Shown one piece after another: positions 18,063 through 27,754 of a DNA stretch of 64,000 nucleotides. Under the pieces are notes generated by a model. It made no database searches, was not told the origin of the DNA, and was given only the letters and a program-made list of their open reading frames with translations. Source of the DNA: Longimicrobiales bacterium (GTDB lineage Bacteria > Gemmatimonadota > Gemmatimonadetes > Longimicrobiales > Gaopeijiaceae); assembly GCA_041690395.1 (NCBI GenBank), contig JAWLHJ010000005.1, forward strand, positions 192,001-256,000. Reading direction: 5' to 3'. Position numbers and translations under genes: made by a program. The stretch's first letter is position 1; every line of letters begins with the position of its first letter.

Positions 18063-19679
18063 ATGCGCGCAAGTCGCTGGTGTCCAGCAGTCCTCGCCCT
18101 CGTCGTATCGATCGTCCCGCTGGCCCTCGAGGCGCAGCAGGACCGGCTCGAGGCCTTCAAGGAAGAGGCCCTCCAGGGCGTAGAGGACCGCGCCGAGCTC
18201 GTGCAGGAGATCGTCGACATGCTGTTCAGCTTCGGCGAGCTCGGAATGCAGGAGTTCGAGACGCAGCGTTACCTGACCGGGCTCCTGGAAGACGAGGGCT
18301 TCGACATCGAGCTCGGCGTGGCCGGCATGCCCAGCGCATGGACCGCGCGGTGGTCCAACGGAACGGGCCAGCCGGTCATCGCCCTCGGCTCGGACGTCGA
18401 CGGCATCCCGCAGTCCAGCCAGAAGCCTGGCGTCGGATTCCGTGAGGCGATCCTCGACGGCGCGCCAGGGCACGGCGAGGGCCACAACTCGGGGCAGGCG
18501 GTGAACATCGCCGCGGCGCTGGCGGTCAAGGAGATCATGGAGCGCGAGGGCATCGACGGGACCCTCCTCATCTGGCCGGGCATCGCCGAGGAACAGCTGG
18601 GCTCCAAGGCCTACTTCGTGCGGGACGGTGTCTTCGACGGCGTCGACGTGAACCTCTTCACCCACGTATCGAACAACTTCGGGGTGTCGTGGGGGCAGGC
18701 CGGCGGCAACGCGATGGTGTCCGCCCAGTTCCGGTTCCGGGGAGAGACGGCGCACTCCGCAGGCTCGCCGTGGCGCGGCCGCTCCGCGCTCGACGCGGTC
18801 ATGCTGCTCGCGCAGGCGTGGGAGTACAAGCGGGAGCACCTCCGCCCGCCGCAGCGGTCGCACTACGTCATCGTGGACGGCGGCGACCAGCCCAACGTGG
18901 TGCCCCAGACCGCCACCATCTGGTTCTTCATCCGGGAAGTGGATTACGAGCACGTGATGGAGAACTACGAGGCGGCCAAGCGGATGGCGGAGGGCGCCGC
19001 GCTCATGACCGGCACCCAGATCGACACCATCATGACGATCGGCTCCGCGTGGAGCCGGCACTTCAACCGCCCGGTCGCCGAGGCCACGTACGCCAACATC
19101 GAGCGTGTCGGCCTGCCCGACTGGTCGGAGGATGACGTCGAGCTGGCGCTCGGGTTCCAGCGCGAGCTGGGCGTCGAGGAGCAGGGGCTGCCCACGGAGC
19201 TGAACGAGCTCACGGGCCCGGTCGACCTGTCGCGTTCGCTCGGCGGTGGCTCCGACGACATCGGCGACGTCTCATGGAACATGCCCACGGTCACGCTCCG
19301 CTATCCGGCCAACATGCCGGGCGGCCCCGGGCACAACTGGGCGAACGGCATCGCGATGGCCACGCCCATCGCCCACAAGGGATCACTCCAGGGAGCGAAG
19401 GTCCAGGCGCTCACGCTGCTCGACCTGCTGCTCGTGCCGGGCATGGTCGACGCCGCCTGGGAATACTTCAACGAGGTCCAGACCTCGGAGACCACCTACA
19501 CGCCGTTCATCACGCCCGAGGACGAGCCCGCGATCTGGCTGAACGAGGACATCATGGGCCGCTGGCGCGAGCAGATGCGTCCGTTCTACTACGACCCGAC
19601 CCGCTTCGACAGCTACCTGGAGCAGCTCGGCATCGAGTATCCGACGCTGCGGGGTCCGACCGTGAGCGAAAGGCACTGA
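18063..19679 (+). CDS. Secreted M20 amidohydrolase (AbgB-like)
   Basis: Signal peptide, ELGMQEF, GHGEGHN, AEEQL, GRSALDA, GSDDIGDVSW. Confidence 0.88.
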   Translation: MRASRWCPAVLALVVSIVPLALEAQQDRLEAFKEEALQGVEDRAELVQEIVDMLFSFGELGMQEFETQRYLTGLLEDEGFDIELGVAGMPSAWTARWSNGTGQPVIALGSDVDGIPQSSQKPGVGFREAILDGAPGHGEGHNSGQAVNIAAALAVKEIMEREGIDGTLLIWPGIAEEQLGSKAYFVRDGVFDGVDVNLFTHVSNNFGVSWGQAGGNAMVSAQFRFRGETAHSAGSPWRGRSALDAVMLLAQAWEYKREHLRPPQRSHYVIVDGGDQPNVVPQTATIWFFIREVDYEHVMENYEAAKRMAEGAALMTGTQIDTIMTIGSAWSRHFNRPVAEATYANIERVGLPDWSEDDVELALGFQRELGVEEQGLPTELNELTGPVDLSRSLGGGSDDIGDVSWNMPTVTLRYPANMPGGPGHNWANGIAMATPIAHKGSLQGAKVQALTLLDLLLVPGMVDAAWEYFNEVQTSETTYTPFITPEDEPAIWLNEDIMGRWREQMRPFYYDPTRFDSYLEQLGIEYPTLRGPTVSERH

Positions 19680-19684
19680 GCCCC

Positions 19685-20374
19685 GTGGAGCGTCGGGTCG
19701 AGCCCGAGGTCATGGACGACCCTGGGCTCGACCCGGCGCTCCACGCCGAGGCCCTCGACGCCCTGGCGCGGATCAACCGGGTCTCTCTGACGGAGCGCCG
19801 GCTGGTGGATGAAGTGCTGCGGGTGGCCGCTCGCCGAGCCGGACCCGTACGGGTGCTGGACATCGGGTGCGGGGACGCCGCCGTGCTCGTCGGGGCCGCG
19901 AGACGCGCCGGCCGCCGGGGCGTCACGGTCGAGCCCCACGGATGCGACACGAGCCCGGTGGCCCTGGCCTGTGCCGAGGAGCGCGCCGGGCGAGCGGGCG
20001 TCCCGCTCCGCGTGTCCCGCCTGGACGTGACGACGGATCCGCTGCCCGGCGGCTTCGACGTCGCGACCTGCTCGCTCTTCCTGCACCACCTCGCCGACGC
20101 GGACGCGGTGCGCCTGCTCTCGGCCATGGCGGAGGCCGCGGGGATCGTGCTGGCGCAGGACCTGAGGCGCACACGCACCGGCCTGGCCCTGGCCTGGCTC
20201 GGGGTTCGCCTGCTCACCCGGTCGCCGGTCGCGCGTGTGGACGGCCCGAGATCCGTGCGGGCGGCATTCTCGCTCGACGAGGCCGCCGGGCTCGCAGGCC
20301 GTGCCGGGCTGGCGGGGGCGACCGTCCGGCGGGCGTGGCCTCAGCGCCTCACGATCCGTTGGGAGAGAATGTGA
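19685..20374 (+). CDS. SAM-dependent methyltransferase (type III PKS cluster)
   Basis: EVMDDP, VLDIGCGD, CSLFLHH, QDLRR, DGPRSVRAAF. Confidence 0.85.
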   Translation: MERRVEPEVMDDPGLDPALHAEALDALARINRVSLTERRLVDEVLRVAARRAGPVRVLDIGCGDAAVLVGAARRAGRRGVTVEPHGCDTSPVALACAEERAGRAGVPLRVSRLDVTTDPLPGGFDVATCSLFLHHLADADAVRLLSAMAEAAGIVLAQDLRRTRTGLALAWLGVRLLTRSPVARVDGPRSVRAAFSLDEAAGLAGRAGLAGATVRRAWPQRLTIRWERM

Positions 20375-21534
20375 TCCGGCCTGCCGCGAGCGAGGACGTC
20401 CACGCGGACGCGGTCGTGATCGGAGCGGGTCCGGCCGGGGCGCTGGCCGCGAGGGGGCTGGCGCTGGGCGGTGCGACGGTGATCCTGGTCGAGCGGCGCT
20501 CCCTACCGAGGAGGAAAGTGTGCGGCGCCTGCGTCGGCCCGGTGGCCCTGCGCGTGCTGGGCGAAGTCGGGCTGGGGGACCTCCCCGGCAGGGGAGGCGC
20601 GACGCCGCTCGAGTCGATGCGCCTCGTCTCGCCGGGAGGGCGGCAGGCCACGATCCGGCTCGGTGGAGGGGTGGCCTGGGCCCGTTCCGAGATGGACGCA
20701 TCCCTCGTGCGGGCAGCGGCGGAGGCGGGTGTCCGGGTCTGGACCGAGGCGCATGCGCGGATCGGTCCGGTCGAGGGTGCGGCGCGTGTCGTCGAGATGC
20801 GGCACGGGGGAGGGGTACGGGTCCTCCGGGCGCGGGTCGTGGTGGACGCGGCGGGCCTGGGCGGGGCCCCTCCCGCTCGAGACGCCGCCGCCGGCGAGGA
20901 GCGAGTCGCCCCGGACACCAGGATCGGCCTCGGTGTCCGGCTCGCCGCGGGGGGAGGCGTTCGCATCGGCCGGCGGCGAGCCGAGCCGCTGCCGCCGGGG
21001 CGAGTCGATATGGTGGTCGGGCGGTCGGGGTATGTGGGCATCGTGCGGCTCCCGGACGGTAGCCTGAACGTCGCGGCGGCCGTCACCAGGGCGGCGCTCC
21101 GGTACCAGGGAGCCGACGGGGCCGTGGCGCGCGTCCTGGGCGAGGCCGGGGCGGCGTTGGAGGGCGACGCGGTCGAGAGCTGGAACGGGACCCCGCCGCT
21201 CACCCGCGCGCCGGAACGGGTCGCCGACCGGCGACGCTTCCTCGTCGGGGACGCGATGGGTTACGTGGAGCCGTTCACCGGGGAGGGGATGGGCTGGGCG
21301 ATGTCGTCGGCACAGGCGTTGGTGCCGCTCGCGCTCCGTGGCGTGGCCGCATGGGATCCCGGGCTCGAGCTGGCGTGGGATCAGTACCGGGACAGGTTGC
21401 TCTCCCGTTCCAAGGTGCTCTGCAGGACGATCGCCTGGGGTCTCCGGCGTCCGGGTCTGGTGAGGATGGCGGTCTCCGCGATGTCCGTCGCTCCGGGGCT
21501 CGCCGCTCCGGTCGTGCGAATGGTCGGCCGCTGA
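20371..21534 (+). CDS. FAD-dependent oxidoreductase (geranylgeranyl reductase/hydroxylase-like)
   Basis: VIGAGPAG, PRRKVCG, LVGDAMGYVEPFTGEGM; GTGA overlap with upstream stop. Confidence 0.87.
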   Translation: MIRPAASEDVHADAVVIGAGPAGALAARGLALGGATVILVERRSLPRRKVCGACVGPVALRVLGEVGLGDLPGRGGATPLESMRLVSPGGRQATIRLGGGVAWARSEMDASLVRAAAEAGVRVWTEAHARIGPVEGAARVVEMRHGGGVRVLRARVVVDAAGLGGAPPARDAAAGEERVAPDTRIGLGVRLAAGGGVRIGRRRAEPLPPGRVDMVVGRSGYVGIVRLPDGSLNVAAAVTRAALRYQGADGAVARVLGEAGAALEGDAVESWNGTPPLTRAPERVADRRRFLVGDAMGYVEPFTGEGMGWAMSSAQALVPLALRGVAAWDPGLELAWDQYRDRLLSRSKVLCRTIAWGLRRPGLVRMAVSAMSVAPGLAAPVVRMVGR

Positions 21535-22658
21535 TGCGCATCCTGGGCATCGGGACCGCGGTTCCCGAGCACGACGCAGGCCAGGCCGAGGCCGCCGAGC
21601 TCCACGCCGAGCTCAGCGGACTGGACCGGGTCCGTTCGCGGGTGCTCCGGACGCTGTACCGCCGGTCGGGGGTGGAGCGTCGTGCGAGCGTGCTGCTCGA
21701 CCGCCCGGACGGGCTCCTGGCCGGGCGGCAGTCGTTCTACCGTCCGGTCCGGGACGAGGGTGACCTCGGCCCGTCGACCGCAGAGCGGATGGGCAGGTAC
21801 GAAGCGCACGCGCCCGGCCTCGCGCTGCGGGCCGCGGGGCGGGCGATGTCGGACGCGGGCCAGGACCCGGCGGGCGTCTCGCATCTAGTGACCGTCTCCT
21901 GCACCGGCTTCGCGTCTCCCGGTGTCGACATCCGGCTCGTGGAGGAGCTCGGGCTCGACCGCGACGTGACCCGGACGCAGGTGGGCTTCATGGGATGCCA
22001 CGGCGCGCTGAATGGTTTGCGCGTGGCGCACGGGTACGCGCGGGCCGAGCCGGAGAGCGTGGTGCTCCTGTGCGCCGTCGAGCTGTGCAGCCTGCACTTC
22101 GCCTACGGGTGGGATCCCGAGGTGATGGTGGCGAACGCGCTCTTCGCGGACGGAGCCGGGGCCGTGGTGTGCTCCGGCGAGCCGACTGTGGGTGGCCGTG
22201 CGGAGGAGCCTGCCGCTGCCGGCCCGCCCGCCGCCGACTGGACCGTAGCCAGCACCGGCACGGTGCTCCTCGACGAGTCGGGCGACGACATGACCTGGCG
22301 GATCGGGAACCATGGTTTCCGCATGACGCTCTCCTCGCGGGTGCCGGACATCATCGGGCGTGACCTCGCCGGCTGGCTCGAGCCGTGGCTGGCCCGGTCG
22401 GGGCTCGAGCCCGACGACGTGGCGACGTGGGCGGTGCATCCGGGCGGCCCGCGGATCCTGGACGCCGTGGAGGGTTCCCTGGGGCTGGATCGGTCCCGAA
22501 CGGAAGCGGCACGGTCGGTGCTCCGCGGCCACGGCAACATGTCTTCGGCGACGATCCTCTTCATCCTGGAACGGCTCAGGCGGGAGCGGGCACCGCTCCC
22601 GTGCGTCGCGCTCGCCTTCGGTCCGGGCCTCGTGGCCGAGGCGGCTCTGATCGTGTGA
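21534..22658 (+). CDS. Type III polyketide synthase
   Basis: Cys-His-Asn triad in FMGCHG, AVHPGG, HGNMSS; VELCSLH, FADGAGA, FGPGL; TGATG coupling. Confidence 0.93.
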   Translation: MRILGIGTAVPEHDAGQAEAAELHAELSGLDRVRSRVLRTLYRRSGVERRASVLLDRPDGLLAGRQSFYRPVRDEGDLGPSTAERMGRYEAHAPGLALRAAGRAMSDAGQDPAGVSHLVTVSCTGFASPGVDIRLVEELGLDRDVTRTQVGFMGCHGALNGLRVAHGYARAEPESVVLLCAVELCSLHFAYGWDPEVMVANALFADGAGAVVCSGEPTVGGRAEEPAAAGPPAADWTVASTGTVLLDESGDDMTWRIGNHGFRMTLSSRVPDIIGRDLAGWLEPWLARSGLEPDDVATWAVHPGGPRILDAVEGSLGLDRSRTEAARSVLRGHGNMSSATILFILERLRRERAPLPCVALAFGPGLVAEAALIV

Positions 22659-22736
22659 CCCCCGGGGGGCCTGGCCGGCCGCCGACGACTTGCCTCCGCG
22701 GACCGGCGGGGGCATCGTGCCGGCCTCGTTTCGACC

Positions 22737-23043
22737 TAGCAGGTCGCTGAAGAAGGGGAGGACCCCGCGCGCATGGGGCTTTCGCTGGTCAGGCAAGGAA
22801 CGACGACGAGCCATAGCAGCGCTACGGCGAGCGAGGAGTGACGCCGCATCACCAGCGAAACCCCCATGCGCCCACCAAGTGGTATGATATGATCCTACAA
22901 ACTGAAGGGTTGGGGCGGCACGGCCCCGTTCCGGTCGTTGGAGCTCCTCCGCGTAGCTACGGCTATGCGGTCGTCGCTCCGCCTACGGCTCGGGGCCGTG
23001 GCGCTCCCAACGCGGGGTACTCCCCTTCTTCAGCGACCTGCTA
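22737..23043. mobile_element. MITE-like non-autonomous element (307 bp)
   Basis: 33-bp terminal inverted repeats at 22737-22769 and 23011-23043 (32/33 complementary), TA at both ends, two internal hairpins, no transposase. Confidence 0.75.
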
Positions 23044-23094
23044 ACACGAGAGGATCACATGGGTGAGGAGCCTGGATCGGCCGGTGGCCGCGTC

Positions 23095-24738
23095 ATGCGG
23101 CGGAAGGATTTCCTGAGATCGGCGACGGCCGCTGCTGCGGCGGGCGCCCTGGGGCCGGCCGGGCTGGCGGCGTCCACGGTGCTGCCGCCGGACGCGGCCG
23201 ATGCACTGACGGCGCTTCGGGCTGGAGCGGCCGTCAGGTCCCAGGAGGCTCAGGAGGTCGCACCCCTCGGCAACGGCGAGCCACCGGCGTTCCAGTTCCA
23301 GGCGTACCCCGGCGGCACGGGCGCGCTGCTCGAGCGGCTCTGGAAGGAGCACGGCGGCGCTCCGTTCGCGCGGACGGAGATCGACCTCCAGCCGTGGACC
23401 GGTCCCGTTCCCACCTCCGAGGAGGACGTCGCCTTCCTCCCCGCCCATCGTCTCGGCGCCCTCATCCGGGCGGGGCACCTCACGTCCGTGGATCTGACCG
23501 AGATTTACCTGGAACGGCTGCGTCGCTACGACCCCGTGCTGATGTGCGCCGTGCAGATCCTCGAGGGCCGCGGGCGTGAGGAGGCCCAGGAGGCCGACAG
23601 GGAGCTTCGCGCCGGGACGTGGCGCGGCCCGTTGCACGGCGTACCGTACGGCGTCAAAGATCTTTTCGCGGTGGCGGGATCACGGACGGCCTGGGGCTCG
23701 GACGCGTTCCAGGACCAGGTGCTCGACTTCGACTCCGAGATCGTGGTCCGGCTCCGGGAAGCGGGCGCCGTGCTCATCGCGAAGCTCGCAACCGGTGAGT
23801 TCGCGCAGGGCGACCAGTGGTTCCGCGGACGGACCCTGAATCCGTGGAACACCGACGAGGGCTCGAGTGGCTCGTCGGCGGGCCCCGGCTCGGCCACGGC
23901 GGCGGGATTGGTCGGCTTCTCGATCGGCACCGAGACACAGGGCTCCATCGTTTCTCCGTCCCGTCGGAACGGACTGAGCGCGCTGCGCCCCACGCACGGG
24001 CGGGTCAGCCGGCACGGAGGCATGGTGCTGTCGTGGAGCATGGACAAGCCCGGTCCGATGTGCCGGAGCATCGAGGACTGCGCGCACGTCTTCAACGCGA
24101 TCCACGGTTCCGACGAAAAGGACCCGGGGTCGCTCACCGCGCCCTTCCGGTTCGACCGCACGCCCGACCTGTCGGAGCTGGCGATCGGGTACACGCCCGA
24201 CGCTCCCGAGTCGTTTCTCGAAGCGCTCACCGGACGCGGCGCTGCCCCGATGCCCATGGCGGACCTGCCGAACGGCAGCTCGAATGCGATCTCCGTCGAG
24301 AGCGCGGCTGCGTTCGAGTATCACATCGGCACCGACGGTCCGACCGAGGCCGTCCTCCAGGGGCTCGATGATCGCGCGCGCCGTCGGGCCACGCGCTTCA
24401 CCCGGGGTCGCGAGGTCAGCGCGGTCGACTATATCCAGTCGCAGCGCCGCCGCTACCTCGTCATGAAGGAGATGGAGCGCGCCATGAGCGGCTTCGACAT
24501 GTTCGTGAGCGGCTCCGGCCACATCGGGCTCACGAACACGACGGGGCATCCGTCCGTGGTCGTGCCCTACGGCTTCGGCGTCCGTAACCCCGACGACGAG
24601 AGCCCAACCGAAATGCCCCTCACGACCATGCTGGTCGGCGCGCTGTTCGCCGACGACAAGCTCCTGAGCGTGGCGCACGCCTTCCAGTCCACCACGGACT
24701 GGCACCTCCGACATCCCGACATGACCGAGCTGGGTTGA
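23095..24738 (+). CDS. Tat-exported amidase-signature protein
   Basis: MRRKDFL twin-arginine signal; GVKDL, SSGSSAG, GTETQGSI. Confidence 0.9.
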   Translation: MRRKDFLRSATAAAAAGALGPAGLAASTVLPPDAADALTALRAGAAVRSQEAQEVAPLGNGEPPAFQFQAYPGGTGALLERLWKEHGGAPFARTEIDLQPWTGPVPTSEEDVAFLPAHRLGALIRAGHLTSVDLTEIYLERLRRYDPVLMCAVQILEGRGREEAQEADRELRAGTWRGPLHGVPYGVKDLFAVAGSRTAWGSDAFQDQVLDFDSEIVVRLREAGAVLIAKLATGEFAQGDQWFRGRTLNPWNTDEGSSGSSAGPGSATAAGLVGFSIGTETQGSIVSPSRRNGLSALRPTHGRVSRHGGMVLSWSMDKPGPMCRSIEDCAHVFNAIHGSDEKDPGSLTAPFRFDRTPDLSELAIGYTPDAPESFLEALTGRGAAPMPMADLPNGSSNAISVESAAAFEYHIGTDGPTEAVLQGLDDRARRRATRFTRGREVSAVDYIQSQRRRYLVMKEMERAMSGFDMFVSGSGHIGLTNTTGHPSVVVPYGFGVRNPDDESPTEMPLTTMLVGALFADDKLLSVAHAFQSTTDWHLRHPDMTELG

Positions 24739-24743
24739 GACCG

Positions 24744-26357
24744 ATGCGACAGACTTCCGGACCCCTCGTCGGACGATTCCTGACGATTTTCTTCGCGGTC
24801 GTGGTGGTCCCGGCGGCCGTTCCGCCCATTGCCGCCCACGCGCAGGTCGACGTCGTCGAGCTGACCGTGGCCGACATCGAGGAGGGACTCCGCTCGGGCG
24901 CCTTCACCGCCGAGGAGCTTACGCGCGCCTCACTGGAGCGGATCGGGCGCTACGAGAGCCACTACAACGCGTTCATCTCCATGAACCCCGACGCGCTGGC
25001 GATCGCGCAGGCGCTCGACGTGGAGTACGCGGGCACCGGGCCGCGCGGTCCACTCCACGGCGTACCGGTGGTCATCAAGGACAACATCGACTACGCCGGA
25101 CTCGTGACGACGGCCGGCTTCGACGGCTTCAGCAGCGCCGCGGGCGGCGTCGACATGGTCCCGGAGCGGCACGCCACCGTCGTGCGGCGCCTCCAGGAAG
25201 CGGGGGCGGTCATTCTCGGCAAGACGAACCTGCCCGATTTCGCCGGGCACGGGACGCGGACGGAGAGCTCCGTGGCCGGTGTCACGCTCAACCCGTACGA
25301 CGTCACGAAGGTGCCGGGCGGGTCGAGCGGGGGCACCGCGACCGCGGTGAACGCCTCCTTCGCGGTGCTCGGACTCGGGACGGAGACGGGCGGTTCCATC
25401 GAGAACCCCGCGGGCGCGCAGGGGCTGGTCGGCATCAAGCCCACGTACGGCCTCACGCCCATCGACGGGATCGTGCCGCTGAGCGGGACATACGTCGACG
25501 TGGTCGGTCCGTTGGCCCGTACGGTGCGCGACGCGGCGATCGCCCTCGACGCGCTCGCCGGCCCGACGCCCGAGGATCTGGCCACGTACGCCGCCGCCGG
25601 GCGGATGCCACTGAGCGGGTACGCCGCGGCGCTCGTTCCCGGTGCCGTCGAAGGCAAGCGCTTCGGCCTGGTCGGAACGGGGTGGCGCGACGACTTCCTT
25701 CCGCTCCATCCCGAGACCGAGCGGATGTACCGGGAGGCCGTCGCCGTGCTGGAGCGCCTGGGCGGTACCGCCGTCGAGGATCCGTTCGCGGAGACCGGCT
25801 TCAAGGAGCTCTACGAGGAGCGCACGGGTGTCCCGTCGCAGTCCGCTTACGACATGCATCTGTACATGGAGCGGCTCGGCACCGGCGCGCCGTTCGACTC
25901 CGTGGAGGAGTGGGAGGCGTTGAGCGGCCGGACGCTCAACCGGGTGCGTCGGAACGGGGAGCTGGCGCCGCCGGCACGTCCGAGCGCCACCGAAGAGGGC
26001 GACGCCTACCAGGCGTGGCGCCACGAGATCCGTGGCCTGTTCCGTCGGGTGCTCGCGGACCACGACCTCGACGCGCTCTTCTTCCCCCAGGCGGGCGAGC
26101 CGAACCGGCCGCTGGTGGAGGACCCCGAGCGGCCGGACTACAAGCCCAACAACTGGGCGGAGCTGCCGAGCAACATCATCAACGACCTCGGCGTGCCGGT
26201 GGTGACCGTGCCCTTCGGCCACTACGAGGACGGCACCCCGTTCGTGCTCGCGCTCATCGGCGACAGCTGGACGGAGCCCGAGCTGCTGGCGTTCGCCTAC
26301 GCGCTCGAGCAGGCAGTCGACGGTCGGAGGGCGCCGGAGCTGGTCCCGGCACCCTGA
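24744..26357 (+). CDS. Secreted amidase-signature protein
   Basis: Signal peptide (AHAQ); IKDN, GKTNL, PGGSSGG, GTETGGSI. Confidence 0.9.
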   Translation: MRQTSGPLVGRFLTIFFAVVVVPAAVPPIAAHAQVDVVELTVADIEEGLRSGAFTAEELTRASLERIGRYESHYNAFISMNPDALAIAQALDVEYAGTGPRGPLHGVPVVIKDNIDYAGLVTTAGFDGFSSAAGGVDMVPERHATVVRRLQEAGAVILGKTNLPDFAGHGTRTESSVAGVTLNPYDVTKVPGGSSGGTATAVNASFAVLGLGTETGGSIENPAGAQGLVGIKPTYGLTPIDGIVPLSGTYVDVVGPLARTVRDAAIALDALAGPTPEDLATYAAAGRMPLSGYAAALVPGAVEGKRFGLVGTGWRDDFLPLHPETERMYREAVAVLERLGGTAVEDPFAETGFKELYEERTGVPSQSAYDMHLYMERLGTGAPFDSVEEWEALSGRTLNRVRRNGELAPPARPSATEEGDAYQAWRHEIRGLFRRVLADHDLDALFFPQAGEPNRPLVEDPERPDYKPNNWAELPSNIINDLGVPVVTVPFGHYEDGTPFVLALIGDSWTEPELLAFAYALEQAVDGRRAPELVPAP

Positions 26358-26361
26358 CACC

Positions 26362-26383
26362 CCCCCCCGATTGATCGGGGGGG
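26362..26383. terminator. Hairpin after the amidase pair
   Basis: C-run-GA...TC-G-run stem just after stop 26357; no U tract. Confidence 0.4.
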
Positions 26384-26442
26384 CGGCTCCGCGATACCTT
26401 CGGGCGCGGCTCGACTGGTCACGCAGGCACCTCGGAGGATTC

Positions 26443-27189
26443 GTGGCAGGGCACAACAAGTGGTCGAAGATCAAGCGCAAGAAGGCGGTCAACGACGCCA
26501 GGCGCGGGGCCCAGTTCACCAAGCTGATCCGCGAGATCACCGTCGCGGCCAGGGAGGGCGGTGGCGATCCGGAGTACAACGCCCGGCTGCGCCTGGCCGT
26601 GGACACCGCCAAGGCGGCGTCGATGCCCGCCGAGAACATCGAGCGCGCCATCAAGAAGGGGACGGGTGAGCTCGAGGGCGTCGCGTACGAAGAGGTCACC
26701 TACGAAGGGTACGGCCCCGGCGGCGTGGCGCTCTTCATCGAGTGCCTCACCGACAACACCAACCGCAGCGTCGCCGATGTCCGGCACGCCCTCGGCAAGC
26801 ACGACGGCAGTCTGGGAACGGACGGCTCGGTGGCGTGGCAGTTCGACCGGAAGGGTCAGATCGTCATCGACGCCAACCGGTACACGGAGGAGTCCGTCTT
26901 CGAGGCGGCCATCGAGGCCGGAGCCGAGGACGTCGAGCGCGACGGTGACGAGTTCATCGTCACGACGGACCCCACCGACTTCGCCGCCGTCCAGGACGGC
27001 ATCAAGGCGGCGGGCGTCGAAGCGAGCTCGGCCGAGCTGACACGCGTCGCGAAGAACGAGGTGCCCGTGGGCGGGAAGGACGCGGAGAAGCTCCTGAAGC
27101 TCCTCGAGGTGCTCGACGAGCTCGACGACGTCCAGAAGGTTCACTCCAACGCCGACATCGACGAAGCGATTCTCGCGGAGGCGATGTAG
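26443..27189 (+). CDS. yebC: YebC/PmpR family protein
   Basis: AGHNKWSKIKRKK, YEGYGPGGVA, TDNTNR, DDVQKVHSN; GGAGG RBS. Confidence 0.95.
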   Translation: MAGHNKWSKIKRKKAVNDARRGAQFTKLIREITVAAREGGGDPEYNARLRLAVDTAKAASMPAENIERAIKKGTGELEGVAYEEVTYEGYGPGGVALFIECLTDNTNRSVADVRHALGKHDGSLGTDGSVAWQFDRKGQIVIDANRYTEESVFEAAIEAGAEDVERDGDEFIVTTDPTDFAAVQDGIKAAGVEASSAELTRVAKNEVPVGGKDAEKLLKLLEVLDELDDVQKVHSNADIDEAILAEAM

Positions 27190-27220
27190 CGGTGGGTCGC
27201 CGGCGCCCGGCGGGCAGGCC

Positions 27221-27754
27221 GTGACCGGGCCGCCCGGCGAGCGCCCGGGAGCCGAGGGTGTGGTCGTGCTCGGGGTCGACCCCGGTACGGCCGCGACCGG
27301 GTACGGAGTCGTCGTCCGGACCGGTCCGGGACGGGTCCGGCTGCTCGAGTGCGGCGTCGTGCGGACGTCGGCCGGCTCGCCGATGGTGACGCGCATCCGT
27401 GAGATCCACGAGGAGATCGTCGGCCTCGTCGAGCGCCATCGGCCGCACGTCATGTCGGTCGAGGACGTCTTCCACGGCAAGAACGCCCAGAGCGCCCTCA
27501 AGCTCGGGCATGCCCGTGGCGCCATCCTGCTGGCCGCCTCGCTGCGCGATCTTCCGGTCGCGGAGTACGCTCCGAGACAGATCAAGAAGGCCGTCGTAGG
27601 CCACGGCAACGCTTCCAAGGACCAGGTCGGCTTCATGGTGCAGAAACAGCTCCGTCTCCAAGCTCCGCCCACGCCCGCCGACGCGGCGGACGGTGTGGCG
27701 GCGGCGCTTTGCCACTGCCTCATGGGCAGCTTCCCGGCCGGAGGCGGCGTATGA
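27221..27754 (+). CDS. ruvC: Holliday junction resolvase RuvC
   Basis: LGVDPG..TGYG, SVEDVF, LGHARG, IKKAVVGHGNASKDQV, DAADGVA. Confidence 0.95.
   Translation: MTGPPGERPGAEGVVVLGVDPGTAATGYGVVVRTGPGRVRLLECGVVRTSAGSPMVTRIREIHEEIVGLVERHRPHVMSVEDVFHGKNAQSALKLGHARGAILLAASLRDLPVAEYAPRQIKKAVVGHGNASKDQVGFMVQKQLRLQAPPTPADAADGVAAALCHCLMGSFPAGGGV

Noticed and set aside
22838..23044. 68-aa ORF inside the inverted-repeat element as a transposase or toxin
   Set aside because: No recognisable motif; the sequence is explained by the hairpin structure
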